A stretch of DNA of 63,106 nt, the filler included, from Candidatus Eiseniibacteriota bacterium (GTDB taxonomy: Bacteria > Orphanbacterota > Orphanbacteria > Orphanbacterales > Orphanbacteraceae), in the NCBI GenBank assembly GCA_043809585.1. It is 9 parts of 8 records of this genome, joined end to end, with 100 filler letters (N's around TTAATTAATTAA, not from the genome) between each part and the next. Parts side by side here need not be neighbours in the genome. Positions count along the whole stretch, not along the records: positions 31,247 to 35,173 come from JBDROZ010000013.1; positions 35,274 to 38,746 come from JBDROZ010000013.1; positions 38,847 to 55,994 come from JBDROZ010000014.1; 6 more parts are not named here. One strand, 5' to 3'. The stretch's first letter is position 1; each line of letters begins with the position of its first letter. This document shows, in pieces, positions 31,147 to 41,455 of this stretch. Below the pieces are notes generated by a model. The model was not told where the DNA came from, searched no databases, and saw only the letters and a list, made by a program, of their open reading frames with translations. A program made the translations under genes and the position numbers.

Positions 31147-31246
31147 NNNNNNNNNNNNNNNNNNNNNNNNNNNNNNNNNNNNNNNNNNNNTTAATTAATT
31201 AANNNNNNNNNNNNNNNNNNNNNNNNNNNNNNNNNNNNNNNNNNNN
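31147..31246. other. Artificial contig spacer
   Basis: N44-TTAATTAATTAA-N44. Confidence 0.99.
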
Positions 31247-31840
31247 TTCCATCGCCGCTTCCTCGACATAGCTTCGGCTATGCCTCCGGGAGCGGCTCGT
31301 CCAAGTCGGCCTCTCGCCTCGTGAGCCGACCCCTCGCGACGAGATCCCGTGCCACCCACAGGCCAGGGGGCACCGGAATCGGGCGGATCCTGCTGCGACC
31401 GGAGATCGAGGGCTGCGAGGACCGTCCTCCTTCGCCGCCGTCCTCGACGGGGCTATGGCCCCGCCTCCGGGCGGCGGCTCGTCCGGACGAACCTCTCGCC
31501 GCTCTCCTCTCGGTCTCGCGACGAATCCGGCCGACCCCGACGACCCAACTGCGAGATACCGGGGAATCGAGACCGTTCGAATGGTCTCGAAGGGTAAATG
31601 TCGGCCTCTCGACGAGATCCCGTGCCACCCACAGGCCGGGGGGCGCCGAAACCGGCCGGATACGGAACTCGAAGCCCCGACGACCCAACTGCGAGATATC
31701 GGGGAATCGAGACCGTTCGAATCGTCTCGAAGGGTGAAAGTCGGCCTCGCGCCTCGTGAGCCGACCCCTCGCGACGAGATCCCGTGCCACCCTCAGGCCA
31801 GGGGGCAGCGGAATCGGCCGGATCCGGAACTCGAAGCCCC
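31247..31840. repeat. Mosaic intergenic repeat cluster
   Basis: Three copies of CGACGAGATCCCGTGCCACCC(A/T)CAGGCC, two of CCCCGACGACCCAACTGCGAGATA..GAGACCGTTCGAAT..TCTCGAAGGGT, and two hairpin units at 31253-31302 and 31433-31483. Confidence 0.85.
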
Positions 31841-32014
31841 CCCCGAGTCCCTTTCAATGTGTGGACCGGACACCCCCGGATGGGGTATAAGGGGAGAATT
31901 GAGATGGAAATCCCCTCCCGGCGGGGGGGGAATCGAACAGGAAGAACGAGGAGAACCGGGAGAGGCGAGACCGCCCGTGGGCGGGCCCGCCATTCCGTCG
32001 ATAGGAGGACGATC

Positions 32015-32563
32015 GTGAAACAGCGGAAACTTCGAGACCTTCTCGCGGGCATCTCGGCGCTCGCGCTCGCGGCGTTCCTCGGCGCCGCCCCCGCGGCGGC
32101 CGACGACGCCAAGATCGGTTACATCGACTCGGCCCGCATCTTCGCCGAATACAGAGGGACCGAAGACGCCCAGCGCTCCTTCGATCAGGAAGTGGAGGCG
32201 TGGGAGAAGCAGGCGGAGGGGATGAAGGCGGATCTCGACTCCCTCCAGAAAGAATACCAGGCCCAGAGCCTGATTCTCTCCGACACGCGCAAGCAGGAGA
32301 AGCAGCAGGAGATTCTGGCCAAGCAGAGCGCCTACGAGACCTTCGTCCAGTCCGTCTGGGGCCCCCAGGGAAAACTGGCTTCGAAGAACAGCGAACTGGT
32401 GCAGCCCATCATCGAGAAGATCAACCTCATTCTCCAGAAGATCGGCGACGAAGAGGGATTCACGATCGTCTTCGACGCCGCCGTCGGCGGGATCGTGTAC
32501 GCGTCGGACGGCATCGACCTGACCGCCCGGATTCTCGAGGAGCTGAACAAGGGCCTCGAATAG
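32015..32563 (+). CDS. skp: OmpH/Skp periplasmic chaperone
   Basis: Signal peptide, KIGYIDSARIF, coiled coil, GFTIVFD..IVYA..DLT; upstream of lpxD; GTG start after AGGAGG. Confidence 0.92.
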   Translation: MKQRKLRDLLAGISALALAAFLGAAPAAADDAKIGYIDSARIFAEYRGTEDAQRSFDQEVEAWEKQAEGMKADLDSLQKEYQAQSLILSDTRKQEKQQEILAKQSAYETFVQSVWGPQGKLASKNSELVQPIIEKINLILQKIGDEEGFTIVFDAAVGGIVYASDGIDLTARILEELNKGLE

Positions 32564-32688
32564 GAAATCCGGACCGAGCGCCGGGCGCCCCGCATCCCGT
32601 GCCGTTCCCGCCGGGGGCCGCCGCGGCAAACCGGTAGCTAACTGATTCCATTTCATGGAATTGAGAAGAAGAGCGAAGGAAAAAACGC

Positions 32689-32717
32689 TTGACGGGGCCC
32701 GGACGCGTCGTTAGGAT
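32689..32717 (+). promoter_or_regulatory. Sigma70 promoter for lpxD (near-leaderless)
   Basis: TTGACG-17 bp-TAGGAT with an A-tract upstream; ATG lies 9 nt after the -10 box. Confidence 0.65.
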
Positions 32718-32726
32718 TTCGCTATT

Positions 32727-33776
32727 ATGAAGTTAAGCGAGATCGCGGAGCGCGTCGGCGGCCATATCGTCGGCGACGGCTCCACAGAGATCACCGGCGT
32801 CGCCGGGATCAAAGAGGCGAAGGTGGGGGACATCACCTTCTTCGCCAATCCCCGCTACGAGACCCATCTCCAGTCGACATCGGCCTCGGCGATCATCCTC
32901 GCGAAGAACGGTCCCCAATCGGTGGAGGGGAAGAACCTCCTCGTCAATCCGAACCCGTACGTCGCCTTCCTCAGGGTGATCGAGCTCTTCGCGCCCCGGG
33001 ACTACGAGAGGACCCAGGGGATCCACCCGACCGCCGTGATCGGCCGGAGCGTGACCCTCGGGTCGTCGATCACGATCGGTCCCCACGTGGTCGTCGAGGA
33101 TGACGCCGTCATCGGTGACGGGTCCCGGATTCTCGCGGGAAGCTACGTCGGATTCCGCGCGAGAATCGGCCGCGACTGCCTCCTCTATCCGAACGCTTCG
33201 GTCCGGGAGGATTCGGAGATCGGCGACCGGGTGATCCTGCACTGCGGGGCGGTGATCGGGAGCGACGGATTCGGGTTCACGAAGAACGGCCCGAGCCACA
33301 TCAAGATTCCCCAGATCGGCCGGGTCGTGATCGAGAACGACGTCGAGATCGGGGCGAACACGACCATCGACCGGGCCACGGTGGGCGTCACGCTGATCAA
33401 GCGGGGGACGAAGGTCGACAATCTGGTTCAAATCGCCCACAACGCGGTGATCGGCGAAAACAGCATCATCGTCGCCCAGGTGGGCGTTTCGGGGAGCACC
33501 GAGATCGGCAACAACGTCACCGTAGCGGGTCAGGCCGGCATCGTGGGGCACATCAAGATCGGCGACAACGTGAGGGTCGGGGCCCAGGCGGGCGTGACCA
33601 AGTCGGTCCCCCCGAACACCGCCGTCTCCGGCTATCCGGCGCGGGAGCACAGTCTTTCCCGGCGAATTTACGCGGGTATCACGAAGATTCCGGACCTGAT
33701 CCGGAAGGTCGCGAGTCTCGAGAGGCGGATGGAGCAAGTGGAGAAGAACCACCTCCGAGACGAGGAAGGCCGATGA
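32727..33776 (+). CDS. lpxD: UDP-3-O-acylglucosamine N-acyltransferase
   Basis: Hexapeptide repeats, GSDGFGF, KIPQIG, TIDRAT, KVDNLVQIAHN. Confidence 0.97.
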   Translation: MKLSEIAERVGGHIVGDGSTEITGVAGIKEAKVGDITFFANPRYETHLQSTSASAIILAKNGPQSVEGKNLLVNPNPYVAFLRVIELFAPRDYERTQGIHPTAVIGRSVTLGSSITIGPHVVVEDDAVIGDGSRILAGSYVGFRARIGRDCLLYPNASVREDSEIGDRVILHCGAVIGSDGFGFTKNGPSHIKIPQIGRVVIENDVEIGANTTIDRATVGVTLIKRGTKVDNLVQIAHNAVIGENSIIVAQVGVSGSTEIGNNVTVAGQAGIVGHIKIGDNVRVGAQAGVTKSVPPNTAVSGYPAREHSLSRRIYAGITKIPDLIRKVASLERRMEQVEKNHLRDEEGR

Positions 33777-35101
33777 GCACGCGGGTGCGGCAGCGGACCA
33801 TCGCCCGCCCGGTCCCGATGTCCGGGGTCGGTCTTCACACGGGGAAGAAGGTCAACATGACTTTCCGTCCCGCGCCGGTCAACACGGGCGTCCGTTTCGT
33901 GCGCACCGATTTCGACAAGCCTGTCGAGATCGTCGCGGACATCACGTATGCCGCCGACATGGTGGGGAGCGTCCGCCGGACGATCCTCGAGAACGGCGAC
34001 GTCAGGATCAACACGGTGGAGCACGTCCTCGCGACGCTCGCCGGTCTCGGCATCGACAACCTCTACATCGACATGGACTCGGAAGAGCCCGCCGAGCCGG
34101 ACGGGAGCGCGCTCCCCTATGTCAAGCTCCTCACCGAGGCGGGCATCGAACCCCAGGACGCGGAGCGTTTCTACCTCCGCATCGACCGGCCCGTGGCGCT
34201 CCAGGAGAACGGCATCGAGCTGATCGCCCTTCCCCACGACGGGCTCCGGATCAGCTTCACCATCCAGTACGACAACCCCCTCATCGGCACCCAGCACGTC
34301 GATCTCGACATCGACGAGGAGTCCTTCGTCAGGGAGATCGCCCCGGCCCGGACCTTCGCGCTCCAGACGGAGGTGGACCGCCTCCGGGAGATGGGGTTGA
34401 TCAAGGGAGGCTCCTACGCGAACGCCATCGTCGTGGAGAAGGAGAAGGTCGCGAGCGAGGAGAGCCTCCGCTTCCACGACGAGTTCGTGCGGCACAAGGT
34501 CCTCGATCTCCTGGGCGATCTCTTCCTCGTGGGGCTCCCGATCAAGGGGCACATCCTCGCCCACAAGGCCGGCCATTCGGCGAACGTGAAGCTCGCCCAT
34601 CTTCTCCGGAGTTACGCGGACGAGAAGCACGGGCCGACCCTCAAACTCCGCCACGAGACCCTCTCCGCGTCGAACGTGGACATCAATTTTATCATGAAGA
34701 TCATGCCCCACCGTTACCCGTTCCTCCTGGTGGACCGGATCATCGAGCTCACGGAGAAGCGGGTGGTGGGCATAAAGAACGTGACGATCAACGAGCCCTT
34801 CTTTATCGGCCATTTTCCGGGTCACCCGATCATGCCCGCGGTGCTCATCATCGAGGCGATGGCCCAGACCGGCGGGATCCTCCTGCTCAGCTCCGTGGAC
34901 AATCCGGAGGGCAAACTCGTCTACTTCATGGGCATCGACGGCGCGAAATTCCGGAAGCCCGTGCTCCCCGGAGACACCCTCCGGTTCGAGCTCGAACTCC
35001 TCCGGCTCAAGACGCGGACGTGCAAGATGAGGGGACGGGCCTACGTGGGCGACGACCTCGTCGCCGGGGCGGATCTTCTCTCCATGATCGTCGACCGATA
35101 G
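33773..35101 (+). CDS. lpxC/fabZ: Bifunctional LpxC deacetylase / FabZ dehydratase
   Basis: QRTI..GVGLHTG, TVEHVL, EIAPARTF, RHKVLDLLGD, then PHRYPFLLVDR, GHFPGHPIMPAVLIIEAMAQ. Confidence 0.96.
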   Translation: MSTRVRQRTIARPVPMSGVGLHTGKKVNMTFRPAPVNTGVRFVRTDFDKPVEIVADITYAADMVGSVRRTILENGDVRINTVEHVLATLAGLGIDNLYIDMDSEEPAEPDGSALPYVKLLTEAGIEPQDAERFYLRIDRPVALQENGIELIALPHDGLRISFTIQYDNPLIGTQHVDLDIDEESFVREIAPARTFALQTEVDRLREMGLIKGGSYANAIVVEKEKVASEESLRFHDEFVRHKVLDLLGDLFLVGLPIKGHILAHKAGHSANVKLAHLLRSYADEKHGPTLKLRHETLSASNVDINFIMKIMPHRYPFLLVDRIIELTEKRVVGIKNVTINEPFFIGHFPGHPIMPAVLIIEAMAQTGGILLLSSVDNPEGKLVYFMGIDGAKFRKPVLPGDTLRFELELLRLKTRTCKMRGRAYVGDDLVAGADLLSMIVDR

Positions 35102-35128
35102 GGCGGCGGGGCGAAGCAAGGAGAAAGC

Positions 35129-35173
35129 ATGGGCACCGAACCCGAGGTCCTGACCGGCCGGATTCATCCGACC
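35129..35173 (+). CDS. lpxA: Probable 5' end of lpxA (truncated)
   Basis: AGGAG RBS, MGTEPEVLTGRIHPT (IHPT is the typical LpxA start), position after fabZ. Confidence 0.55.
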
Positions 35174-35273
35174 NNNNNNNNNNNNNNNNNNNNNNNNNNN
35201 NNNNNNNNNNNNNNNNNTTAATTAATTAANNNNNNNNNNNNNNNNNNNNNNNNNNNNNNNNNNNNNNNNNNNN
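35174..35273. other. Artificial contig spacer
   Basis: N44-TTAATTAATTAA-N44. Confidence 0.99.
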
Positions 35274-35813
35274 ACTCCAAAGCGCTGAGCGCGGTGAGAC
35301 TGATGAGGAGCCCCGGGGGCCCGGGTGGGCGAACGCCATCATCCCTCCCTCTGCGGGGGCGGGGAGGGCAACCGCGACTCGGACTGTTCTCCGATCGGCA
35401 GTCCTTGCTGATCATCCGAAACCGCAGGCGGGTGGCCGGGGCAGGGGCGATAGGCGAGGAGCGCAGGCACCAGGCGCCAGATCCCGAATGCCCATGCATC
35501 ATCGAGAACGATACGTGCGGTTCACAACAAGCGGATAGGAGAAGACCAGAGCGCGACTGCCGGGCACTGCAGCGGACAGCCCCGGTCAGGCCCTGCCCGA
35601 ACGAGTTCTTGTAGCCCGATGCCGGAACACGGGCATACCGGGTCCTCCCCCGCCCCCGCATCCCCTTCCCCCGCAACCACTTCAGAAATCACTTGAAGCT
35701 CTTGCCGCCCTCGCGATTCTAACCTCCCCTTTTCATTGACCCTAACCGCGGGAGGTGATACTTTGGTCGAAGTCCCGACCGGATCGGGATTCATCCACCA
35801 GGAGAACTTCCCC

Positions 35814-37127
35814 ATGTCCCTTCCCGTGGTCGCCCTCGTGGGCCGCCCCAACACCGGCAAGTCGACCCTCTTCAACCGCTTCGTCGGTGGGCGCCGGGCC
35901 GTCGTCTCGGACCAGGCGAAAACCACACGGGACCGGAACTACGGCGAGATCGTATGGAACGACCGGCGCTTCCTCCTCGTCGACACCGGGGGTCTCATGC
36001 CGGAGCGGGAGACGGACGCCATGGATCGTCTCGTCGTCCGTCAGGTTCAGGCGGCCACCGCCGAGGCCGATCTCGTCCTCTTTCTCGTGGATGCCAAGAC
36101 CGGCGCCGTGACGACGGACGTGGAGCTCGCCCGGGACATCCGGAAGAGGAACGGCGATTCGATCCTCGTGGCGAACAAAATCGACTCGGCCGGCGCGGAT
36201 CCCGAGCTCTACCGCCTCCTCGAGCTCGGCCTCGGCGAGGCCTTCCCCGTCTCCGCCGCCCACGGCACGGGGGTCGGCGACCTCCTCGACGAGGTCGTCC
36301 GGCGCATCCCGGAGAAGGGCCGTGCCGACGCCGAGGAGGAGGGGCTCCGCATCGGCATCGTCGGCCGCCCGAACGTGGGGAAGTCGTCCCTCGTGAACGC
36401 CTACCTCGGCCGGGAGCAGATGATCGTGAGCGAGATTCCCGGCACGACAAGGGACTCCATCGACTCGGCGATCCGTTGGCGGGAGCGCCGGATCGTGCTG
36501 GTCGACACGGCGGGGCTCCGGCGGCGGAGCCGGGTCCACGACGACGTCGAATACTATTCGACCCTCCGGGCCGTGAGGGCGATCGAACGGAGTCACGTCG
36601 TCTTCCTGCTCCTCGACGCCTCCGAACCGATCGGCCACCAGGACGCACACATCGCCTCCATGGCGGAGAAGCTCGGCCGGGGAATCGTGCTCCTCCTGAA
36701 CAAGACCGATCTCGAACTCGACCAATCGACGGAGGAGCTGAAAGCGCGGGTCCTCTACAAGATGCCCTTTCTCTCCTTCGCCCCCGTCCTCGCCGTCTCG
36801 GCGACCACGCGAAAGTCGATCGGCAAGGCCCTCGACACGGCCCTGGCCGTCGACGAGGAGATGAACCGGACCATCCCGACGGCGCAGCTGAACAAGCTCG
36901 TGGAGGCGGCGGTCGCGAGGAACGCGCCCCCCGTCGGGCGCCGCCCGAACCAGGTCTACTACGCCGTGCAGACCGGGACTCGCCCCCCCACGTTCCTCTT
37001 CTTCGTGAAAGAGGCGGGGGCGATCACGCCGGCGTACCGGCGTTACATCATCCGTTCGATCCGGGAGAAGTACCCGTTCCGGGGGGCGCCGGTGGTCGTC
37101 CACATCCGGGAGAAGAAGAGCCGATGA
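35814..37127 (+). CDS. der: Ribosome biogenesis GTPase Der
   Basis: Two GTPase domains (GRPNTGKST..DTGG; GRPNVGKSS..GTTRD..DTAG) and a KH-like C-terminus. Confidence 0.97.
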   Translation: MSLPVVALVGRPNTGKSTLFNRFVGGRRAVVSDQAKTTRDRNYGEIVWNDRRFLLVDTGGLMPERETDAMDRLVVRQVQAATAEADLVLFLVDAKTGAVTTDVELARDIRKRNGDSILVANKIDSAGADPELYRLLELGLGEAFPVSAAHGTGVGDLLDEVVRRIPEKGRADAEEEGLRIGIVGRPNVGKSSLVNAYLGREQMIVSEIPGTTRDSIDSAIRWRERRIVLVDTAGLRRRSRVHDDVEYYSTLRAVRAIERSHVVFLLLDASEPIGHQDAHIASMAEKLGRGIVLLLNKTDLELDQSTEELKARVLYKMPFLSFAPVLAVSATTRKSIGKALDTALAVDEEMNRTIPTAQLNKLVEAAVARNAPPVGRRPNQVYYAVQTGTRPPTFLFFVKEAGAITPAYRRYIIRSIREKYPFRGAPVVVHIREKKSR

Positions 37128-37744
37128 CGGTGATCCTCCCCATGCTTCTGGCCTACGCCGTCGGATCGATACCGGTCGGATACCTGGTGCCGAAACTCGC
37201 ATCCGGGATCGACATCCGGCGCGTCGGGAGCGGCAATCCGGGCTTCACGAACGTCTACCGGGCGGCCGGCGCGGGGCCGGGGGTGGTGGTTCTTGTCGCC
37301 GACATCGGCAAAGGCATTCTCGCCGTCCTGCTCGCCCGTTCCTTCGGGGCGGGGGAAACAGGTTCGGTACTCGCGGGCCTCGCGGCGATCGCCGGACACG
37401 TGACGACACCCTTCCTCGGATTCCGTGGAGGGAAGGGAGTCGCGACGACGGTAGGCGTCTTCTTCACGCTCCTCCCGCTGGAGACGGTGATCTGTCTCCT
37501 CCTGTTCGGCGCCGTGGTCGCCGCAACGAGGTACGTATCTCTCGGCTCGGTCGTCATGGCGATCGCGCTCCCCCTGCTCACCGGCCTGGTCCCGGCGCTT
37601 AGGGGGAGGCCTTTCCGGACGGCCCACTTCGTGATGGCCGCGGCGGTGGCGGTGATGATCGTCGTGCGGCACCGGGCGAATCTGGGAAGGCTGAGGGCGG
37701 GGAAAGAAAACCGGTTCTCCTTCCGGAGACGGAAGGAAACATAA
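37124..37744 (+). CDS. plsY: Glycerol-3-phosphate acyltransferase PlsY
   Basis: YAVGSIP, DIRRVGSGNPGFTNVYR, FRGGKGVAT, RHRANLGRL..GKE; ATGA overlap with der. Confidence 0.95.
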   Translation: MTVILPMLLAYAVGSIPVGYLVPKLASGIDIRRVGSGNPGFTNVYRAAGAGPGVVVLVADIGKGILAVLLARSFGAGETGSVLAGLAAIAGHVTTPFLGFRGGKGVATTVGVFFTLLPLETVICLLLFGAVVAATRYVSLGSVVMAIALPLLTGLVPALRGRPFRTAHFVMAAAVAVMIVVRHRANLGRLRAGKENRFSFRRRKET

Positions 37745-37867
37745 AGAGCGGGGGCGCCGGTAGGCGCCCCGACATCGGTCCGGAAGCGAAGGCCGGACCG
37801 GAACGGACGGGTGGTGCCGGGTTCCGTGCGTAGGGAGGACCGATCGCGGCCCCGGGGAGAGCGAGGG

Positions 37868-38218
37868 ATGATGAAGCTGCCGGAAGGAAAAGTCTACTAC
37901 TCGATCACGGAGATCGCCGATCTCACCAAGGTGAAGCCCCACGTCCTGCGCTACTGGGAATCGGAATTTCCCGCCCTCTCCCCACGGAAGAACCGGGCCG
38001 GAAACCGCGTTTACCAGGGGAAGGACATCAAGCTCATCTTCCTCATCAAGCACCTCCTGTACGAGGAGGGCTACACGATCGCGGGGGCGAAGAAGAAGCT
38101 GAGCAAGAAGGGGATCCTCGAAGATCAAAAAGAGGAGGCGGTGATCGAGACCCGCAAGGCGGGCCTGATCGAGGCGCTCGAGCAGGACCTCCAGCGGATC
38201 CTCAAGATTCTCTCCTGA
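37868..38218 (+). CDS. MerR-family HTH regulator (type usually found before tRNA-Pro)
   Basis: KVYYSITEI..VKPHVLRYWESEF..LLYEEGYTIAGAKK. Confidence 0.92.
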   Translation: MMKLPEGKVYYSITEIADLTKVKPHVLRYWESEFPALSPRKNRAGNRVYQGKDIKLIFLIKHLLYEEGYTIAGAKKKLSKKGILEDQKEEAVIETRKAGLIEALEQDLQRILKILS

Positions 38219-38311
38219 TACTTGTTGGCGGGCGGCGTGCTTTGCTATACTCCCCCCTCGAAGGGGTCCCGGCCGGTCCGGGGCCCCGGACCATGAGTAC
38301 CCCTCATCGGT

Positions 38312-38690
<379 letters not shown>

Positions 38691-38746
38691 TCGAGGACAA
38701 CAGGGACCGAGATTCGGTCCTGTTTTTGTTTCTCGCGATTATCGCC

Positions 38747-38846
38747 NNNNNNNNNNNNNNNNNNNNNNNNNNNNNNNNNNNNNNNNNNNNTTAATTAATT
38801 AANNNNNNNNNNNNNNNNNNNNNNNNNNNNNNNNNNNNNNNNNNNN
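38747..38846. other. Artificial contig spacer
   Basis: N44-TTAATTAATTAA-N44. Confidence 0.99.
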
Positions 38847-38987
38847 ACCAGTTTCGCCGCCCCTCACGGTCCCTGGCTTCGTTGCTCTTCCTCGATGTAC
38901 CTATTGGTACGCCGTCGTCATCGCACCTCGCCAGGAATCGCGATGATCTGCCGAAATCGACAACGAACTTCTAATTCGGAACACTAG
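38847..38987. repeat. Palindromic element, family B (partial), ending in CTAG
   Basis: Long imperfect hairpin centred on GTACC-TATT-GGTAC; terminal CTAG overlaps the HNH stop codon. Confidence 0.65.
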
Positions 38988-39922
38988 TTCCGGAAGACCT
39001 CCTCATAGTGCCACTCGAGGAGACGCGAGTCCGGTTTCAGCTCCGGTTGCGTGGGAACGTGGATGAGGCGGCCCTCGAAGGGGTAGTAGGTTGCACCGTT
39101 CTTCCACTCCTCTCGAAGGCGGTTGCTGACGTGGAATCTTAGATCGGGCGTCACGCTGACATAGCCCTTGTCGAAGAGGCGGTGGATATCGGCGCGGAGG
39201 AGTAGACCGTTCCTGTACTCATGCTTGCCGGACTTCTCGTAGGGTCGAATATGAGCGGCCTCGAGGACGGGAAGCGAATGCTCCGTGGTCACTGCGCACG
39301 ATCTCCCGTACGCATCGAGGATGGCTGCACGGAACGACCCCTGACCCAAGCGTGGGCGGACCGGGACGGGCTTGCCAAACCGGGCTCCCTCGTGGATCTC
39401 CCGGAGCACCGGATCTTCCTTCCACTCTGCTCGGAGGTCCGCGGCGCAGGTGAGGCACTCCTGCCAGACACGGAGGCCCTCGCCCTTGGAAATGTCATAT
39501 CCGGTGCCCTGTACGGCATGGATGGGCCAATCCACGGGTTGTAGAACCCATGCCGTCTTCGGAAAGAATACGACTTGCCCGACCATGAGACAGCCGATCA
39601 CCGGGTCTTCGTGCGGCCCCGGTGCGGTGGTACGATAGCGCAAGATCCTGCTCAGCATCTCCTCGAAGGAGGGTGCGCCGTTCATTTCCCCGAACGTCTC
39701 CCACGCGAGGGACGCCGGCAGGCGGGATGCGTGCGAAAAGAAACCGAACCCACCGATCGCGTTGTGCGGGCTCTTCAGCTTGAAGAGGAAAGGCGCACCG
39801 GGGGGAACCCGGTGGAAGTCCCTCGACCCCGACGGCTGCCAGAAGTTCACCTCGTCCAGGTCCGGTTTCGAGCTCAGGAAGCGATACCAGTCGTAGTCCG
39901 TGTTCGCAATGTATGCGTCCAT
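38984..39922 (-). CDS. HNH endonuclease (putative restriction endonuclease)
   Basis: RLGQGSFR..YGRSCAVT..LEAAHIRPY..NGLLLRADIHRLFDKG; N-terminal domain TDYDWYRFL..EVNFWQPSG..FLFKL; start at MDAYIANTD. Confidence 0.9.
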   Translation of the reverse strand: MDAYIANTDYDWYRFLSSKPDLDEVNFWQPSGSRDFHRVPPGAPFLFKLKSPHNAIGGFGFFSHASRLPASLAWETFGEMNGAPSFEEMLSRILRYRTTAPGPHEDPVIGCLMVGQVVFFPKTAWVLQPVDWPIHAVQGTGYDISKGEGLRVWQECLTCAADLRAEWKEDPVLREIHEGARFGKPVPVRPRLGQGSFRAAILDAYGRSCAVTTEHSLPVLEAAHIRPYEKSGKHEYRNGLLLRADIHRLFDKGYVSVTPDLRFHVSNRLREEWKNGATYYPFEGRLIHVPTQPELKPDSRLLEWHYEEVFRN

Positions 39923-40279
39923 GAGCCATGCCTCTGATTGGAGGTTAGTGGTTAGACTCTTGAGATTGTAGCCGATGCCGGAACTGCCTGTCGACCAAAG
40001 AGAAGGCGGGGCGGAGACAAGGCTTACCGACAAGGTAGCATGGCAACGAAGTTCCCCGAGGGCCCCATGGCCGGTAGGGGGAACCGCCGTCACACCCCTT
40101 TCTCTGAATAAGGCCGACCCCTTTCGTGACGTCAATTCCCAACCAGATACCCTATTTCTCCGCTATCCTAACCAGATACTCCCATTCCCCATCTTCCCCG
40201 GATTCTTGTCGGCGGGGGAGCCCCGCATCCGAAGGGATGAAGTGAGCCGGAGGTGGTCGTGATTCCCGATGGCCGGTCC

Positions 40280-41455
40280 ATGTTCGACTGTGACGTCCTC
40301 GTGATCGGGGGGGGGGCGGCGGGGCTCTTTTGCGCTGCCGTCGCCGGGGGGCGGGGCCGGTCGGTGGTCGTCCTCGAGCGGGCGTCCCGGATCGGGAACA
40401 AGATCCGGATCTCCGGCGGCGGGCGGTGCAACTTCACGAACGTGAACGCCGGGCCGGAGAACTTCGTCTCCGAGAACCCCCACTTTTGCAGGAGCGCCCT
40501 CGCCCGTTTCACCGCCGCCGATTTCGTCGCCCGGATCGAGGGGCGGGGCGTCGCCTGGCACCAGGAGAAGAAAGGGCAGCTCTTCTGCGACGAGGGCTCG
40601 CGGGAGATGATCCGCTTTCTCGAGGAGGAGTGCCGGGATTCCGGAGTCCGGATTCTCGTGAACGTCGAGATCGGGGCGGACGGGATCGAGAAGGGGGACC
40701 GCTTCGACGTGTTCACGAGCCTCGGCGTCTTCCGGGCGCCGTCGGTCGTTATCGCCACGGGGGGCCTGTCGATACCAAAGATGGGGGCCACCCCCTTCGG
40801 CCTCGAGATCGCGGAGCGATTCGGGCACCGGATCGTCCCCTGCCGCCCGGCCCTGGTCCCCCTCCTCTGGAACCGGGAGGACCGGGAGACGTTCGGAGGC
40901 CTCGCCGGGGTCTCCCTGGACGCCCTGGTCCGCCTCGGCGCCCGGGAGTTCCACGATCCGATCCTCTTCACCCACCGGGGCCTCAGCGGGCCCGCCATCC
41001 TCCAGATCTCGACCTACCGGACCGGGGAGGAGCCGATCGAGATCGACCTCCTGCCGGGGAGGGACCTCGGGGAGGAGCTCCTCGCCGCCCGGGGCCGGGG
41101 GGCCGACCTCGGGTCGTTCCTCGCGAAGAGGCTCCCGAAGCGGTTCGCGAAGATCTGGGTCGACGCCGTTCTCGGCCCGAAGCCCCTCGCCCGCCGGTCC
41201 GACGCCGAGCTCGGGGCGATCGCCGCCCGCCTGAAGGGGTGGCGGATCTTCCCGGCGGGGGACGAAGGGTACGCGAAGGCCGAGGTGACCGCCGGAGGCG
41301 TCGATACCCGCGAACTCTCGTCGAAGACCATGGAGAGCGGGAAAGTCCCGGGGCTCTTTTTCATCGGCGAGGTGGTCGACGTGACCGGCTGGCTCGGCGG
41401 CTATAATTTCCAGTGGGCCTGGTCCTCCGGATTCGCTGCCGGGCAGTACGCCTGA
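40280..41455 (+). CDS. HI0933/YhiN/BaiN-family flavoprotein
   Basis: VIGGGAAG, KIRISGGGRCNFTN, ATGGLSIPKMG, LFTHRGLSGP, GWLGGYNFQWAW. Confidence 0.95.
   Translation: MFDCDVLVIGGGAAGLFCAAVAGGRGRSVVVLERASRIGNKIRISGGGRCNFTNVNAGPENFVSENPHFCRSALARFTAADFVARIEGRGVAWHQEKKGQLFCDEGSREMIRFLEEECRDSGVRILVNVEIGADGIEKGDRFDVFTSLGVFRAPSVVIATGGLSIPKMGATPFGLEIAERFGHRIVPCRPALVPLLWNREDRETFGGLAGVSLDALVRLGAREFHDPILFTHRGLSGPAILQISTYRTGEEPIEIDLLPGRDLGEELLAARGRGADLGSFLAKRLPKRFAKIWVDAVLGPKPLARRSDAELGAIAARLKGWRIFPAGDEGYAKAEVTAGGVDTRELSSKTMESGKVPGLFFIGEVVDVTGWLGGYNFQWAWSSGFAAGQYA

Noticed and set aside
31247-31840. Possible CRISPR array
   Set aside because: Repeat units are long, degenerate and mosaic, the 'spacers' are themselves repeated, and no cas genes are present.
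33773-35101. lpxC-fabZ fusion as a novelty
   Set aside because: Well known in Bacteroidota, Chlorobi and relatives; useful only as a taxonomic hint.
35288-35425. Hammerhead-like CTGATGA...GAAAC with GCGGT/ACCGC pairing
   Set aside because: No room for stem I, the cleavage triplet would be GUG rather than NUH, and stem II is weak.
35520-35620. attC-like fragments (CACAACAAGCGG, CTGCAGCGGAC)
   Set aside because: No complementary GTTRRRY end, no paired L boxes, and no cassette ORF or integrase.
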